Shown here: one piece after another, positions 9,211 to 19,803 of the stretch
How the letters are laid out: the number at the start of each line of letters is the position of its first letter
Numbering within the stretch: the stretch's first letter is position 1
Assembly: GCA_965205855.1 (NCBI GenBank)
Contig: OZ242184.1
Span: 256,001 to 320,000 of the forward strand
Direction of reading: 5' to 3'
DNA: 64,000 nt
Source: Thermodesulfobacteriota bacterium
Lineage (GTDB): Bacteria; Desulfobacterota_D; UBA1144; Nemesobacterales; Mycalebacteriaceae
Made by a program: the position numbers and the translations under genes
The notes under the pieces: generated by a model
Databases searched by the model: none
What the model saw: the letters and a program-made list of their open reading frames with translations, nothing else
What the model was told of the DNA's origin: nothing

Positions 9211-11679
9211 ATGTCCATAATGGAAAAAATCTACAATCCCCAAGCGGTTGAGAAAAAGTGGCGGAAGATATGGGAGAAAAACGGCTCCCGCAGTCGCGGC
9301 GCGGATTGCGCAAAACCCGGATTCTATGTTCTGGAGATGTTTCCATATCCGTCCGGACGCATACACATGGGGCATGTCCGCAACTATACGATAGGGGATG
9401 TGATAGCCCGTTACAAAAGAGCGTCCGGTTTTGAAGTTCTTCACCCGATTGGCTGGGACTCTTTCGGGCTGCCCGCGGAAAACGCTGCGATACAAAAGGG
9501 TGTTCATCCCGCTGAATGGACAAAAACAAACATCGATCAGATGCGAACCCAGCTGAGAAGTCTCGGTTTTTCATATGACTGGGCAAGGGAAATCTCAACC
9601 AGTGACCCGTCATACTACAAGTGGGAGCAGTGGCTTTTTACCAGAATGTTTGAAAAAGGTCTCGCCTATCGCAAAAAAACTTTTGTGAACTGGGACCCCG
9701 AAGATAAAACCGTGCTTGCCAACGAGCAGGTCATAGATGGAAAGGGCTGGCGTTCCGGCGCGCCCGTAGAGCGCAGGGAGATAGATCAGTGGTTTCTGCG
9801 CATAAGCGACTACGCGGACGAGCTTCTGGACGGGTTGGAAAAACTTGACGGCTGGCCCGATTCGGTCAAAACCATGCAGTCAAACTGGATAGGGCGTTCC
9901 GAAGGCGTTGAGATGGAGTTTTACTCGGACGACCTTGAAGCTCCGATAACAATTTTCACCACCAGACCCGACACTGTTATGGGTGTCTCCTGTCTTGCCG
10001 TTGCTCCCGAACATCCGGCCTCTTTGAAAGCCGCGCAAACGGACGGAAAAGTGGCGAATTTTATCAAAGAGGCAAAGACGTTTGCGGTTTCCGAAGCCGA
10101 AATTGAAACTGCCCTGAAAAAAGGGGTTCCGCTTGGAATTTCCGCCGCGCATCCGGTTTCGGGCGAAAAAATACCGGTTTGGACCGCAAATTTTGTTCTG
10201 ATGAGCTACGGGTTCGGGGCGGTAATGTCCGTTCCCGCTCATGACAAACGCGATTTTGACTTTGCAAAAAAATACCGGTTGCCCGTAAAACAGGTGGTTT
10301 TTCCCCAAAGCGGGGATTTAGATACAGATTCCGGTGCCTACACCGGAAAAGGGGTTTTGAAAAATTCCGGACAGTTTGACGGGTTGTCTTCGGAAGAGGC
10401 GTTTTCCAAGGTGGCGGATTTTCTCAAACGGAGCAAAAAAGGCGGACGCGTTATCAACTACCGTTTGCGCGACTGGGGAATATCACGCCAACGCTACTGG
10501 GGGGCGCCGATTCCCGTAATTTACTGTTGCGAATGCGGAGCCGTTCCGGTTCCCGACGGGGATTTGCCCGTTACACTGCCCGCAGATGTGAATTTCGAGG
10601 GAGATGACATACCGTCCCTTGCGTCAATAGAGAGTTTTGTTTCCACGGTGTGTCCGCGTTGCGGCGCAAAGGCCCGCAGGGAAACCGACACAATGGACAC
10701 CTTTATGGAGTCTTCATGGTATTTTCTCAGATACGCCTCGCCGGATTTTAAACAGGGGATTTTTGATCCCGATGCCGTAAAAAAATGGCTTCCCGTGAAC
10801 CAGTATATAGGCGGAGTGGAGCATGCTATTCTGCACCTGCTTTATTCAAGATTTTTTGTCCGCGCTCTCAGGGATTTGGGGCTTTGTGATTTTGACGAGC
10901 CCTTTGGCGCGCTGCTTACGCAGGGAATGGTTATCAAGGATGGGGCAAAGATGTCAAAATCTCTCGGCAACACGGTTGACCCCGATGCGATGATAGAGAA
11001 ATACGGCGCGGACTCAGTGCGGCTTTTCATACTTTTTGCGGCTCCGGCGGAAAAGTTTCTGGACTGGAACGAAAAGGGCATTGAGGGGATGAGCAGGTTT
11101 CTGAAAAGGCTGTGGAATGTGGCCGTTGAGATTTCGGAAAATTACGCCGGAGAACTTTCCGATAAAAATTCTGACTCTTATATTTCCACTATTGTGGAAA
11201 GTGAAAAACTTGAAATTGAAATAAACAAGACAATAAAGAAAGTGACCGATGATATCGAGCGGTTTCATTTCAACACCGCGATTGCCGCGCTTATGGAGTT
11301 TCTCAACCGGTTTCCAAAAAAGGTGGATGGCAATATGTCATTTTTCCTGAAGGGTTTTGTCGAAAAAATTGCAGTGCTTCTTTCGCCGATAGCTCCCCAT
11401 TTTGCCGAAGAGATTTGGGAAATTCTCGGCAATAAAAAATCCGTGTTTCTTGAGCCGTGGCCAGAATGGGACAAATCCCGCGTTAAAAGTGAAACTGTTA
11501 CGGTTGTTTTTCAAGTTAACGGAAAAGTTAGGGCGCAAATGGAAATGCCCGCAGGCTCAACCGAAGACGAGATAATACAAACCGCTTTTGCAAATGAGTG
11601 CGTGAAGAATTTTACCGGTGGAAAGAAAATAAAAAAAACCGTTGTTGTGCCGGACAAACTTGTAAATATTGTTGTTTAA
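9211..11679 (+). CDS. leuS: Leucine--tRNA ligase
   Basis: MFPYPSG, HMGH, FTTRPDT editing domain, KMSKS. Confidence 0.97.
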   Translation: MSIMEKIYNPQAVEKKWRKIWEKNGSRSRGADCAKPGFYVLEMFPYPSGRIHMGHVRNYTIGDVIARYKRASGFEVLHPIGWDSFGLPAENAAIQKGVHPAEWTKTNIDQMRTQLRSLGFSYDWAREISTSDPSYYKWEQWLFTRMFEKGLAYRKKTFVNWDPEDKTVLANEQVIDGKGWRSGAPVERREIDQWFLRISDYADELLDGLEKLDGWPDSVKTMQSNWIGRSEGVEMEFYSDDLEAPITIFTTRPDTVMGVSCLAVAPEHPASLKAAQTDGKVANFIKEAKTFAVSEAEIETALKKGVPLGISAAHPVSGEKIPVWTANFVLMSYGFGAVMSVPAHDKRDFDFAKKYRLPVKQVVFPQSGDLDTDSGAYTGKGVLKNSGQFDGLSSEEAFSKVADFLKRSKKGGRVINYRLRDWGISRQRYWGAPIPVIYCCECGAVPVPDGDLPVTLPADVNFEGDDIPSLASIESFVSTVCPRCGAKARRETDTMDTFMESSWYFLRYASPDFKQGIFDPDAVKKWLPVNQYIGGVEHAILHLLYSRFFVRALRDLGLCDFDEPFGALLTQGMVIKDGAKMSKSLGNTVDPDAMIEKYGADSVRLFILFAAPAEKFLDWNEKGIEGMSRFLKRLWNVAVEISENYAGELSDKNSDSYISTIVESEKLEIEINKTIKKVTDDIERFHFNTAIAALMEFLNRFPKKVDGNMSFFLKGFVEKIAVLLSPIAPHFAEEIWEILGNKKSVFLEPWPEWDKSRVKSETVTVVFQVNGKVRAQMEMPAGSTEDEIIQTAFANECVKNFTGGKKIKKTVVVPDKLVNIVV

Positions 11680-11700
11680 AACACGAGAGGTTTATGAAAA

Positions 11701-12756
11701 TTGGACAAAAAATTGCTTGATAAAAAAGTTGAAGCAGTGGAAGTTTCCGCCGGGCAAAGCGTTTCGGATTTAATTTCCGCGATGTCAAAAACCGGGTTTC
11801 AGGGCAGGAGCCTCGCCCGTACGGTTGGGGTTTTTGAGAAAATAATATCCGATCCGGATGTTACGGTATTCCTTGGTTACGCGGGCTCTCTGTCCACAAC
11901 CGGACAGTGGAAAATAATTAACTGGCTTATTGAAAACCGTTTTATAGATGTGCTTGTTCCCACCGGAGCGAACATCTCCGAAGACATAGTTGACGCAATG
12001 GGTTTTGATTATTTTCAGGGTTCTGCGAAAGCGGATGATACGACGCTTTTTTCCGAGGGAATAAACCGTTATTACGATGTTTACGGTAAAGAAACGGACT
12101 ATCTTGAGATGACGGAGATGATAGCGGATTTTATTATGACGCTTGACGATAAAAACAGATATTCGTCCCGCGAGTTTCTGCGGCTTTTCGGCATGTATCT
12201 TTCCGGAAAGAAAATAGACTCTATCGTCTGCGCCGCCGCAAAAAACGGCGTTCCAATTTTTTGTCCCGCAATTGTCGACAGTCCATACGGGGACGCCGCA
12301 CTTATTGCCGAAAGCAAAGGTTTTCACCTTACGATAGACGCGATAAAAGACTATGTGGAATTTATGGAAATGGGAGAAAAAGTCAGGGAGACGGCGGTAA
12401 TTTACATAGGTGGCGGAGTTCCGAAGGATTTTATTCAACTTTTCGCGGTAACCGGCGACCTGCTTTACAAGGAAAGGGCTGTTCCCGGAAGAAAGCAAGG
12501 GCTTGTCAGAAAAGGAACCGGCTCCACCGAAACCTATTATCCGCACAAATACGCGATTCAGATAACAACCGATTCGCCGCAGTGGGGCGGTTTGAGCGGC
12601 TGCACTTTTGAGGAGGCGGTTTCCTGGGGAAAGGAAAACCCCGAAGGCGGGCTTGTGCAATGTTATTGTGATGCCACAATCGCGCTGCCGATTCTTTCTC
12701 AGGCGCTTGCGGAGAGGGTAAAAAAACCGAGAAAGGGAACCGAGTTCGGATTTTGA
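11701..12756 (+). CDS. Deoxyhypusine synthase-family protein (probable homospermidine synthase-type)
   Basis: TGFQG, IGGGVPKDF, GGLSGCTFEEAVSWGK with catalytic Lys, DATIALP. Confidence 0.88.
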   Translation: MDKKLLDKKVEAVEVSAGQSVSDLISAMSKTGFQGRSLARTVGVFEKIISDPDVTVFLGYAGSLSTTGQWKIINWLIENRFIDVLVPTGANISEDIVDAMGFDYFQGSAKADDTTLFSEGINRYYDVYGKETDYLEMTEMIADFIMTLDDKNRYSSREFLRLFGMYLSGKKIDSIVCAAAKNGVPIFCPAIVDSPYGDAALIAESKGFHLTIDAIKDYVEFMEMGEKVRETAVIYIGGGVPKDFIQLFAVTGDLLYKERAVPGRKQGLVRKGTGSTETYYPHKYAIQITTDSPQWGGLSGCTFEEAVSWGKENPEGGLVQCYCDATIALPILSQALAERVKKPRKGTEFGF

Positions 12757-12778
12757 GAGTCTAAGGAGGATTTATAAA

Positions 12779-13540
12779 ATGAGATTAAAGGGAAAAACCG
12801 CCTTAATAACGGGCGGGAGCGAAGGGATTGGAAAAGCGACCGCTTTGTTTTTTTGTAAAGAGGGCGCGAAGGTGGGAATTATGTCCAGAACCGCGAAGAA
12901 TCTCCGCAAGGTTGTCTCCGAAGCGAAAGGGCGCGGAGAGATAAAGGTGTTTGCGGGCGATGTTTCAAAGGAAAAAGACGCAAAAAAAGTTGTAAACGCA
13001 TTTTACAAAAAATTCGGCAAAATTGATATTTTATTCAACAACGCCGGAATTTTTGAAGGCGGAACCGTTGTTACGACTTCAAATGATGTGTGGCAGAGAA
13101 CGATGGACATAAATGTAAAGGGTGTTTTTCTGATGAGTAAATATGTTGTTCCCCTGATGGCGAAACACGGCGGTGGTTCAATAATAAACAATTCAAGCGT
13201 TCTCGGAATTGTGGGAATGGAAGATTGCATGGCGTATAACGCCTCAAAAGGTGCGGTCAGGCAAATCACCCGAAGCATGGCGCTTGACCATGCCAAGCAG
13301 AATATAAGGGTTAACTCTGTCTGCCCCGGTTACATAAAAACAAAAATGGATGTTGAATTTATGGGAAATCCTCCGGACGCCGAGGAGCGGCTTGATGAGA
13401 TAGCGGCGGGGATGATACCGATGGTTAGAAGGGCGGAGCCGCTTGAAGTGGCGCAGTCGGTTCTTTTTCTCGCTTCGGACGAATCAAAATATATGACGGG
13501 TTCGGACTTGGTTATTGACGGGGGTTGGACGGTTCTTTAG
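12779..13540 (+). CDS. SDR family oxidoreductase
   Basis: TGGSEGIG, NNAG, YNASK, DGG motifs. Confidence 0.92.
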   Translation: MRLKGKTALITGGSEGIGKATALFFCKEGAKVGIMSRTAKNLRKVVSEAKGRGEIKVFAGDVSKEKDAKKVVNAFYKKFGKIDILFNNAGIFEGGTVVTTSNDVWQRTMDINVKGVFLMSKYVVPLMAKHGGGSIINNSSVLGIVGMEDCMAYNASKGAVRQITRSMALDHAKQNIRVNSVCPGYIKTKMDVEFMGNPPDAEERLDEIAAGMIPMVRRAEPLEVAQSVLFLASDESKYMTGSDLVIDGGWTVL

Positions 13541-13544
13541 AAAA

Positions 13545-13955
13545 ATGGGCGATATAGAAACAAGGGAAGATATAGAACTGCTTATAGACAGGTTTTATGA
13601 CAAAATTCTTGCCGATATGATTATCGGTTTTATATTCTCCGATATTGCGAAAATAGATCTTGATAAACACAAGCCGGTTATCTGTGATTTTTGGGAAACG
13701 GTTCTTTTCAACAAAGCGGTTTACAAGCGCGGCGGAGAGGTTATGAATGTTCACAAGGAATTGAATAAAAAAATTCCTCTTAAGAAGGGGCATTTTACTA
13801 GGTGGCTTTTTCTTTTTTCTTCAACGGTGGACGAGTTGTTTGCTGGCAAATGCGCGGAATTTGCTAAAGAAAGGGCGAATTCTATTGCGGCGTTGATGCA
13901 AAAGAGGATAGCAGGGAATGTTTCGGCACAGGGTTTGGCGATTGACAGACTATGA
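13545..13955 (+). CDS. Group III truncated hemoglobin
   Basis: DIETREDIELLIDRFY, HKPVICDFWET, HFTRWLFLF...TVDELFAG. Confidence 0.88.
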   Translation: MGDIETREDIELLIDRFYDKILADMIIGFIFSDIAKIDLDKHKPVICDFWETVLFNKAVYKRGGEVMNVHKELNKKIPLKKGHFTRWLFLFSSTVDELFAGKCAEFAKERANSIAALMQKRIAGNVSAQGLAIDRL

Positions 13956-14582
13956 CTCATTTCCAAACTTCCCCGTAATTCTCCGCGCCGCCTCTTCTGC
14001 ATCCTGTTGCCCGAAAATTGCCGTAATTACGGCAATCCCATCCACGCCGGTTTTCAAAACATTGACTACATTCTCCGGAGTTATTCCGCCAATGGCGAAG
14101 ACAGGGATTTTCAGTTTTTCCTTCGCTTCTCTCAAAATTTCAAATGGGGTCGGTTTTCTGTCCGGTTTTGTCGGGGTGAAATACGGGGTTCCGAATGCAG
14201 CGTAGTCCGCGCCCGCTTTTTCGGCGTTTATTCCACTTTTAATCTCCCCGTAACACGAAACGCCTATAATCGCATTTCCGCCGAGCAGTTTTCTTGCTTC
14301 TTTTACCGATTTGTCCTCTCCGCCGAGGTGAACCCCGTCCGCTCCGATTTTTTTCGCAATCTCAGGGCTGTCGTTGATTATCAACGGTGCTTTATATTTT
14401 TGCGTGATTTCAAGAAGGGCTTTTCCCTTTCGGATGATTTCGTCCTCATTTTCGTTTTTTTCGCGCAGTTGAATGATTGCCGCGCCGCCCTTTATAGCCG
14501 CCTCCACGGTTTCAGCAAAGCGGTTTGCCGGAATAAGTTTCGCATCTGTTATCGCGTAAAGTCCGCGCGGGTCAAAATTCAT
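13950..14582 (-). CDS. thiE: Thiamine phosphate synthase
   Basis: QLREK, INDS, GVHLG, TPTK, AIGGI. Confidence 0.93.
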   Translation of the reverse strand: MNFDPRGLYAITDAKLIPANRFAETVEAAIKGGAAIIQLREKNENEDEIIRKGKALLEITQKYKAPLIINDSPEIAKKIGADGVHLGGEDKSVKEARKLLGGNAIIGVSCYGEIKSGINAEKAGADYAAFGTPYFTPTKPDRKPTPFEILREAKEKLKIPVFAIGGITPENVVNVLKTGVDGIAVITAIFGQQDAEEAARRITGKFGNES

Positions 14583-15967
14583 CGGGTGTCTGTTTTTTCA
14601 ATCCGTCTGAAAATGGCGTCCCGAACGGTCTGGTAATTGTTGGGCAGTTCCAACGGACTGTTGCGGAATTTGCGGTTTGTTCCGCTGATTTTGCCTTCGT
14701 GGTATCCGATTTTGAACTCAACAAATTTTAAGCCGTGCGCAGTTGAGATAATGACCACTTTGTCTGTTTTTTTGAAAGTTTTTTGCGCTTGAAGTTTCAG
14801 AAAAACCGCAAGCGCCACTCCGGTGTGCGGACAGTTGAAGGTTCCGGTTCTGTCCGCCATTGCCGAAGCATCCGAAAGCTCCTTTTCGGACGCCTGTTCA
14901 ACAATTCCGTTGAACTCTTTGAGCGTTTTTATAGCCTTATTCACGCTTACGGGGTTTCCTATCTGAATCGCGTTGGCGAGGGTCTTTTTCGCCCTTACGG
15001 GTTTGAATTCCTTGAATCCTTTTTTGTAACTCAAATACAGCGGGTTGGCATTTTTGGATTGCGCGCACACAATACGCGGCAGCTTTTTTATCAATCCCAG
15101 TTCGCGCATCAAAAGAAACCCTTTTCCGAGCGCGGACACATTGCCGAGGTTTCCGCCCGGAATTATTACCCAATCCGGCACATCCCACTTGAACTGCTGG
15201 CACAGTTCAATGCTTATGGTTTTCTGCCCCTCAATTCGAAGGGAATTGATGGAATTGGCCAGATATATATTGTGGTCGCCGGTTATTTTTTGAACCATTT
15301 TCATACAGCCGTCAAAATCGGTGTCGAGAGAGAGGACTATCGCTCCGTTTGAAATGGGCTGAACAAGTTGAGCAAGAGACACTTTCCCTCTGGGAAGAAA
15401 AACTATCGCGGGAATATCCGCCGCCGCGCAGTAGGCGGCAAGCGCCGCGGATGTGTCTCCGGTTGAGGCACAGGCAACCGCTGGAATGTCTTGTTTTTTT
15501 CTCCTCATATGCCGGACAACCGATACGAGAACGGTCATTCCGAGATCTTTGAAAGAGCCCGTGTGACTGTTTCCGCACATCTTTATCCAGATGTCGTTCA
15601 TGCCAATCTGTTTGCCGAACCGCTCCGCCCAGAACAGGTTGGTTGAGCCCTCATACATTGAAACTATGTCTTCGTCCCGCACGACGGGGCAGACCCATTC
15701 TTTTTTCCCCCACACGGAGCTACCGTGGGGCCATGACTGGTTTTTGTAGCGATGGTCAAACAGATCTTTCCACTCTTTCGGCGAAGTTTTCGCAAGAAGT
15801 TTTCTGTCGTGCGTAACTTCAAGCAGTTCGTTGCAGCTGCGGCAACGGTATATAACTTCATCAATCTTGTAGGTTTCTTCGCATTCGGGATTGATGCAAC
15901 TGAGCCAAGCGCGGTATTCGGGAACGGTTTTTTGTTTTCCGGCGGACTTGGCGGTGGTTTTGGGCAT
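14579..15967 (-). CDS. thrC: Threonine synthase
   Basis: HTGSFKDLG PLP lysine, CASTGDTSA, PGGNLGN. ATG 15967 preferred start. Confidence 0.93.
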   Translation of the reverse strand: MPKTTAKSAGKQKTVPEYRAWLSCINPECEETYKIDEVIYRCRSCNELLEVTHDRKLLAKTSPKEWKDLFDHRYKNQSWPHGSSVWGKKEWVCPVVRDEDIVSMYEGSTNLFWAERFGKQIGMNDIWIKMCGNSHTGSFKDLGMTVLVSVVRHMRRKKQDIPAVACASTGDTSAALAAYCAAADIPAIVFLPRGKVSLAQLVQPISNGAIVLSLDTDFDGCMKMVQKITGDHNIYLANSINSLRIEGQKTISIELCQQFKWDVPDWVIIPGGNLGNVSALGKGFLLMRELGLIKKLPRIVCAQSKNANPLYLSYKKGFKEFKPVRAKKTLANAIQIGNPVSVNKAIKTLKEFNGIVEQASEKELSDASAMADRTGTFNCPHTGVALAVFLKLQAQKTFKKTDKVVIISTAHGLKFVEFKIGYHEGKISGTNRKFRNSPLELPNNYQTVRDAIFRRIEKTDTR

Positions 15968-16023
15968 AGCGAAAAATACAGCACGCAACGGGCGGGTGTC
16001 AATTGCTTCCGTTCCCCATACGC

Positions 16024-16052
16024 TTGACACAAAATCCCTTTTGAAAGACAAT
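16024..16052 (+). promoter_or_regulatory. Sigma70-type promoter of tRNA-Val(GAC)
   Basis: TTGACA-N17-GACAAT 15 nt upstream of the tRNA. Confidence 0.6.
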
Positions 16053-16067
16053 AACCCCGCTTTTAAC

Positions 16068-16142
16068 GAGCGCGTAGCTCAGCGGGAGAGCGCTTGCCCG
16101 ACACGCAAGAGGTCGCTGGTTCAATCCCAGCCGCGCTCACCA
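16068..16142 (+). tRNA. tRNA-Val(GAC), with C at position 33
   Basis: Cloverleaf; anticodon arm CTTGC-CCGACAC-GCAAG; GGTTCAATCCC; ACCA end. Confidence 0.9.
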
Positions 16143-16328
16143 TCTCATAATTTTGGTTAATTTCTTGTCAACACGGTCGGTTTTTTCTCAGTCATTGCAC
16201 AATGCAGACTGCCAAATCCGACCCAGACTAAAAGCAAGAGGTAGGAAAAATTCCTTGTTTTTCATAAGCGGACTTTAATCGATTTCTTTGACTTTTTCCT
16301 TAATTCAAAAGAATATGAACACTTCATA

Positions 16329-16403
16329 GGGCTCGTAGCTCAGGGGGAGAGCGTTCGCCTCACACGCGAAAGGTCGCTGGTTCAATTCCAGCCGGGCCCA
16401 CCA
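16329..16403 (+). tRNA. tRNA-Val(CAC)
   Basis: Anticodon arm TTCGC-CTCACAC-GCGAA; ACCA end; 9 nt upstream of thrS. Confidence 0.95.
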
Positions 16404-16412
16404 GTTTAAGAG

Positions 16413-18341
16413 ATGTCTAAAATAAAAGTCATATATAAAGACACCGCCGCCGAAATTGAATCCGGCACGACAGTTGCTCGGGCGCTTTCCGCCGTTGGTG
16501 CGGACAAAGGCGCAATCGGGGCGACAGTGGATGGCGTTCTTATGGATTTGACCCAGTCCGTGAGCGCAGACGTTTCGCTTGAGCCGGTCAAACAGAACTC
16601 AAAGGAAAGTCTCGCGCTTGTTCGCCATACAGCCGCACATGTTATGGCGGAAGCGGTTCAGGGGCTTTATCCGGGGGTCAAGGTAACAATCGGCCCCGTT
16701 ATTGAAAACGGGTTTTATTACGACTTTGACGCATCTGAGCCTTTCACTCCCGAAGACCTTGAGAAAATAGAGAAGCGAATGGCAGAGATTGTGAGCGAAA
16801 ACAGACCGCTTTTGCGCAAAACCGTCTCGCGCAAGGAAGCGGTTAAAACCTTTTCGGACATGGGAGAAAACTACAAACTGGAAATTATAGACGGATTGCC
16901 CGAAGGCGAAGACATAACGATTTACGACCAGGGCAAATGGTTTGACCTTTGCAGGGGGCCTCACGCGCCTTCAACGGGGGCGGTAAAGGCGTTCAAACTC
17001 ACCGCGACTGCGGGCGCATACTGGCGCGGGATTGAGACAAATCCCATGCTTCAACGCATATACGGAACCGCGTTTGCGGACAGAAAAGAGTTGAAAAAAC
17101 ATCTGGCAATGCTGGAAGAGGCGAAAAAGCGCGACCACAGAAAACTCGGCAAAGAACTTGACCTTTTCAGCATTCGGGACGATGTTGGTCCCGGGCTTGT
17201 GCTTTGGCACCCGAAAGGCGCGCGCGTCCGCGGCGTAATAGAGGATTTCTGGCGCAATGAGCATAGAAAAGCCGGTTATGACATCCTTTACACACCGCAC
17301 CTTGCTCGCCTTGACCTGTGGAAAACAAGCGGACATCTGGACTTCTACTCCGAAAATATGTTTCCGCCGTCCCAGGTTGACAACTCGGACTATCAGATAA
17401 AACCGATGAACTGTCCGTTTCATATCCTGATCTACAAATCCGCCATCAGAAGTTACAGAGACCTGCCGCTCCGTTGGGCGGAAGTGGGAACGGTCTACAG
17501 ATATGAGCGCTCCGGCGTTCTTCACGGTCTTTTAAGGGTCAGGGGTTTTTCTCAGGATGACGCTCACGTATTCTGCCGTCCCGACCAGATAGGCGATGAA
17601 GTCGGTGGCGTTATAGACTTGACGCTTCTGTTTCTCAAAAAGTTCGGGTTTGAGGATTTTGAAGTCTTTCTTTCAACAAGACCGGACAAGTTTGTCGGAG
17701 AGGAAGAAGACTGGGAAAACGCGACCGAAGCCATCAAATCTGTGCTTGCGGCAAAGAATCTGAATTACTCAATTGATGAAAAAGGCGGCGCTTTCTACGG
17801 GCCGAAGATAGACCTCAAAATCAAGGATGTTATCGGCAGGTCTTGGCAGTGCTCCACCGTTCAGTTAGATTTCAACCTCCCGAAACGGTTTGACATGGCG
17901 TTTGTGGGTGAGGATAATGTACGCCATGTTCCGATAATGATTCATCGGGCGATATTCGGTTCGCTTGAGAGATTTTTCGGGATTCTGGTTGAGCATTACG
18001 GCGGTGCTTTTCCGCTTTGGCTCAGCCCGGTTCAGGTGAGAGTGGCGACAATAGCCGACAGGTATGTGGAATACGCAAAATCCGTTGTGAACACACTTCG
18101 GGAGCAAGGCGTCAGAGTTGAAGAAGATTTCAGAAATGAGAAACTTGGTTATAAGGTCAGAGAAGCGCAACTTATGAAGATACCGTATCTGCTTGTAATC
18201 GGAGAGAAAGAGGCGGAAAATTCAACGGTTGCTCCGAGAAAATATGGAAGTGAAAATTTGAACCCGATGGGGATTGGAGAATTTATTGAAGTTCTGAGCG
18301 GCGAGGATGCGAATGTTTCCGGCGGGGAGATTCTGCTATAA
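16413..18341 (+). CDS. thrS: Threonine--tRNA ligase
   Basis: HTAAH, DLCRGPH, RDHRKLG, KPMNCP, FYGPKID. Confidence 0.97.
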   Translation: MSKIKVIYKDTAAEIESGTTVARALSAVGADKGAIGATVDGVLMDLTQSVSADVSLEPVKQNSKESLALVRHTAAHVMAEAVQGLYPGVKVTIGPVIENGFYYDFDASEPFTPEDLEKIEKRMAEIVSENRPLLRKTVSRKEAVKTFSDMGENYKLEIIDGLPEGEDITIYDQGKWFDLCRGPHAPSTGAVKAFKLTATAGAYWRGIETNPMLQRIYGTAFADRKELKKHLAMLEEAKKRDHRKLGKELDLFSIRDDVGPGLVLWHPKGARVRGVIEDFWRNEHRKAGYDILYTPHLARLDLWKTSGHLDFYSENMFPPSQVDNSDYQIKPMNCPFHILIYKSAIRSYRDLPLRWAEVGTVYRYERSGVLHGLLRVRGFSQDDAHVFCRPDQIGDEVGGVIDLTLLFLKKFGFEDFEVFLSTRPDKFVGEEEDWENATEAIKSVLAAKNLNYSIDEKGGAFYGPKIDLKIKDVIGRSWQCSTVQLDFNLPKRFDMAFVGEDNVRHVPIMIHRAIFGSLERFFGILVEHYGGAFPLWLSPVQVRVATIADRYVEYAKSVVNTLREQGVRVEEDFRNEKLGYKVREAQLMKIPYLLVIGEKEAENSTVAPRKYGSENLNPMGIGEFIEVLSGEDANVSGGEILL

Positions 18342-18922
18342 GGTCTCCCAGAAGAAAGCCGGATAAACGCCCACCGGTAACAAGAATTAACCACAGAATA
18401 AGGGCTTCTCAGGTGAGAGTTATAGACAATGACGGGAAACAACTCGGAGTTATGAGCATAGATGAAGCCATTCTGAAAGCAAAACAGGCGGAACTTGACC
18501 TTGTTGAGATTGCTCCCGATACACAACCTCCGGTTTGCAGGCTTGTTGATTATGGAAAATACAAATATCTCCAGAAGAAGAACACGCGCAAGCAGAAGCC
18601 CAGCTCCATCAAAGAGGTTAAGTTGAGGCCTCACATCGGACAGCACGATCTGGAAGTGAAAATGGGAAGGATAAAATCTTTTCTTGAAGACGGATGCAAG
18701 GCGAAACTCAGGGTGATGTTCAGGGGAAGGGAGTTTGTACATCAGAACATTGGGTTTGAGCTTATCTCTTCAATAGTGGAAGAAGTCTCGGATTTGGGTA
18801 AAGTTGATTCTCCCGCGAAACTTGAGGGCAGAAACATTATCGCCGTTCTCTCGCCCATAAAGACCGCCGGAGCTGAAAAGACGGCGGAGAAAAAGGAAGA
18901 AAGCGGAGTACAGCAGCAATGA
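18338..18922 (+). CDS. infC: Translation initiation factor IF-3 with non-canonical ATA start
   Basis: The conserved RINHRIRASQVRVID lies upstream of the track GTG. In-frame ATA at 18338 follows SD GGGGAG and overlaps the thrS stop. Confidence 0.9.
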   Translation: MRSPRRKPDKRPPVTRINHRIRASQVRVIDNDGKQLGVMSIDEAILKAKQAELDLVEIAPDTQPPVCRLVDYGKYKYLQKKNTRKQKPSSIKEVKLRPHIGQHDLEVKMGRIKSFLEDGCKAKLRVMFRGREFVHQNIGFELISSIVEEVSDLGKVDSPAKLEGRNIIAVLSPIKTAGAEKTAEKKEESGVQQQ

Positions 18923-19119
18923 AAAACAAGATAAAATCAAACAGAAGCGCGGCAAAGAGGTTTTCTCTTATGGGTAGCGGAAAGGTCAAAATGGCAAGAG
19001 GTGGCAAATCGCACCTCAATGTCAAAAAGAATTCCAAAAGAATGAGGCGTCTCGGCTCGGCGCTTTATTTTGAAGGAGCACCGGCAAAGAGGATTGCCTC
19101 TTATATTTCCGGTAAATAG
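18919..19119 (+). CDS. rpmI: 50S ribosomal protein L35
   Basis: KIKSNRSAAKRF...GSGK; position in the thrS-infC-rpmI-rplT operon. Confidence 0.92.
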   Translation: MKNKIKSNRSAAKRFSLMGSGKVKMARGGKSHLNVKKNSKRMRRLGSALYFEGAPAKRIASYISGK

Positions 19120-19137
19120 GTTCGGGGGAAACGAAAA

Positions 19138-19482
19138 ATGAGAGTAACACCATCGGTCGCGTCCCGTAACAGACGCAAAAAGATTCTCAAGCAGGCAAGG
19201 GGTTTCTGGGGTCGCAGAAAAAACAACCTCAGAAAAGCGAAAGAAACCCTTCTGCGCGCGATGGCTTATTCCTATCGCGACAGGCGCAACAGAAAAAGAG
19301 ACTTCCGCGCGCTTTGGATAACAAGGATAAACGCGGCGGTCAGGCCATACGGTTTTTCTTACAGCCGTTTTATGGCGGAGCTGAAAAAATCCGGCGTGGA
19401 GCTTGACAGAAAATCCCTTTCCGAACTCGCAATCAGAGACCCGCAGGGATTTGAAAAGATTGTGAAAACCGTTGGCGAATAA
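19138..19482 (+). CDS. rplT: 50S ribosomal protein L20
   Basis: [32 protein letters not shown]. Confidence 0.97.
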   Translation: MRVTPSVASRNRRKKILKQARGFWGRRKNNLRKAKETLLRAMAYSYRDRRNRKRDFRALWITRINAAVRPYGFSYSRFMAELKKSGVELDRKSLSELAIRDPQGFEKIVKTVGE

Positions 19483-19803
19483 GGGGCGACCTGCGCTGTA
19501 TACGGAGGGGAAGCATACACCGAGACGGTGCTTTGCTATATTTGCAAGGACAAAATGAATGAGGTTGAAGATTGAGTCATTGGAGGAAGTTGGTCTACGA
19601 TATGGCTTGCGGTGTTGGCTTTATTCATAATTTCCTTGATGCGGACGTGGCATAGCCACTATTTTCCCTCATAACATTTTCAATTGCTTCAAAGTATGTC
19701 TTGCCTTCTTCACTCATTTTACAGACTATCTTTGTTAAAAATCAGTGTCTACTATAGTGAGACATAAGCATAGCCGTCAAAAGCACAATCACTACAACCA
19801 ATT

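Noticed and set aside
16143-16412. T-box or other leader upstream of thrS
   Set aside because: The space is occupied by tRNA-Val(CAC) and no T-box motif was seen
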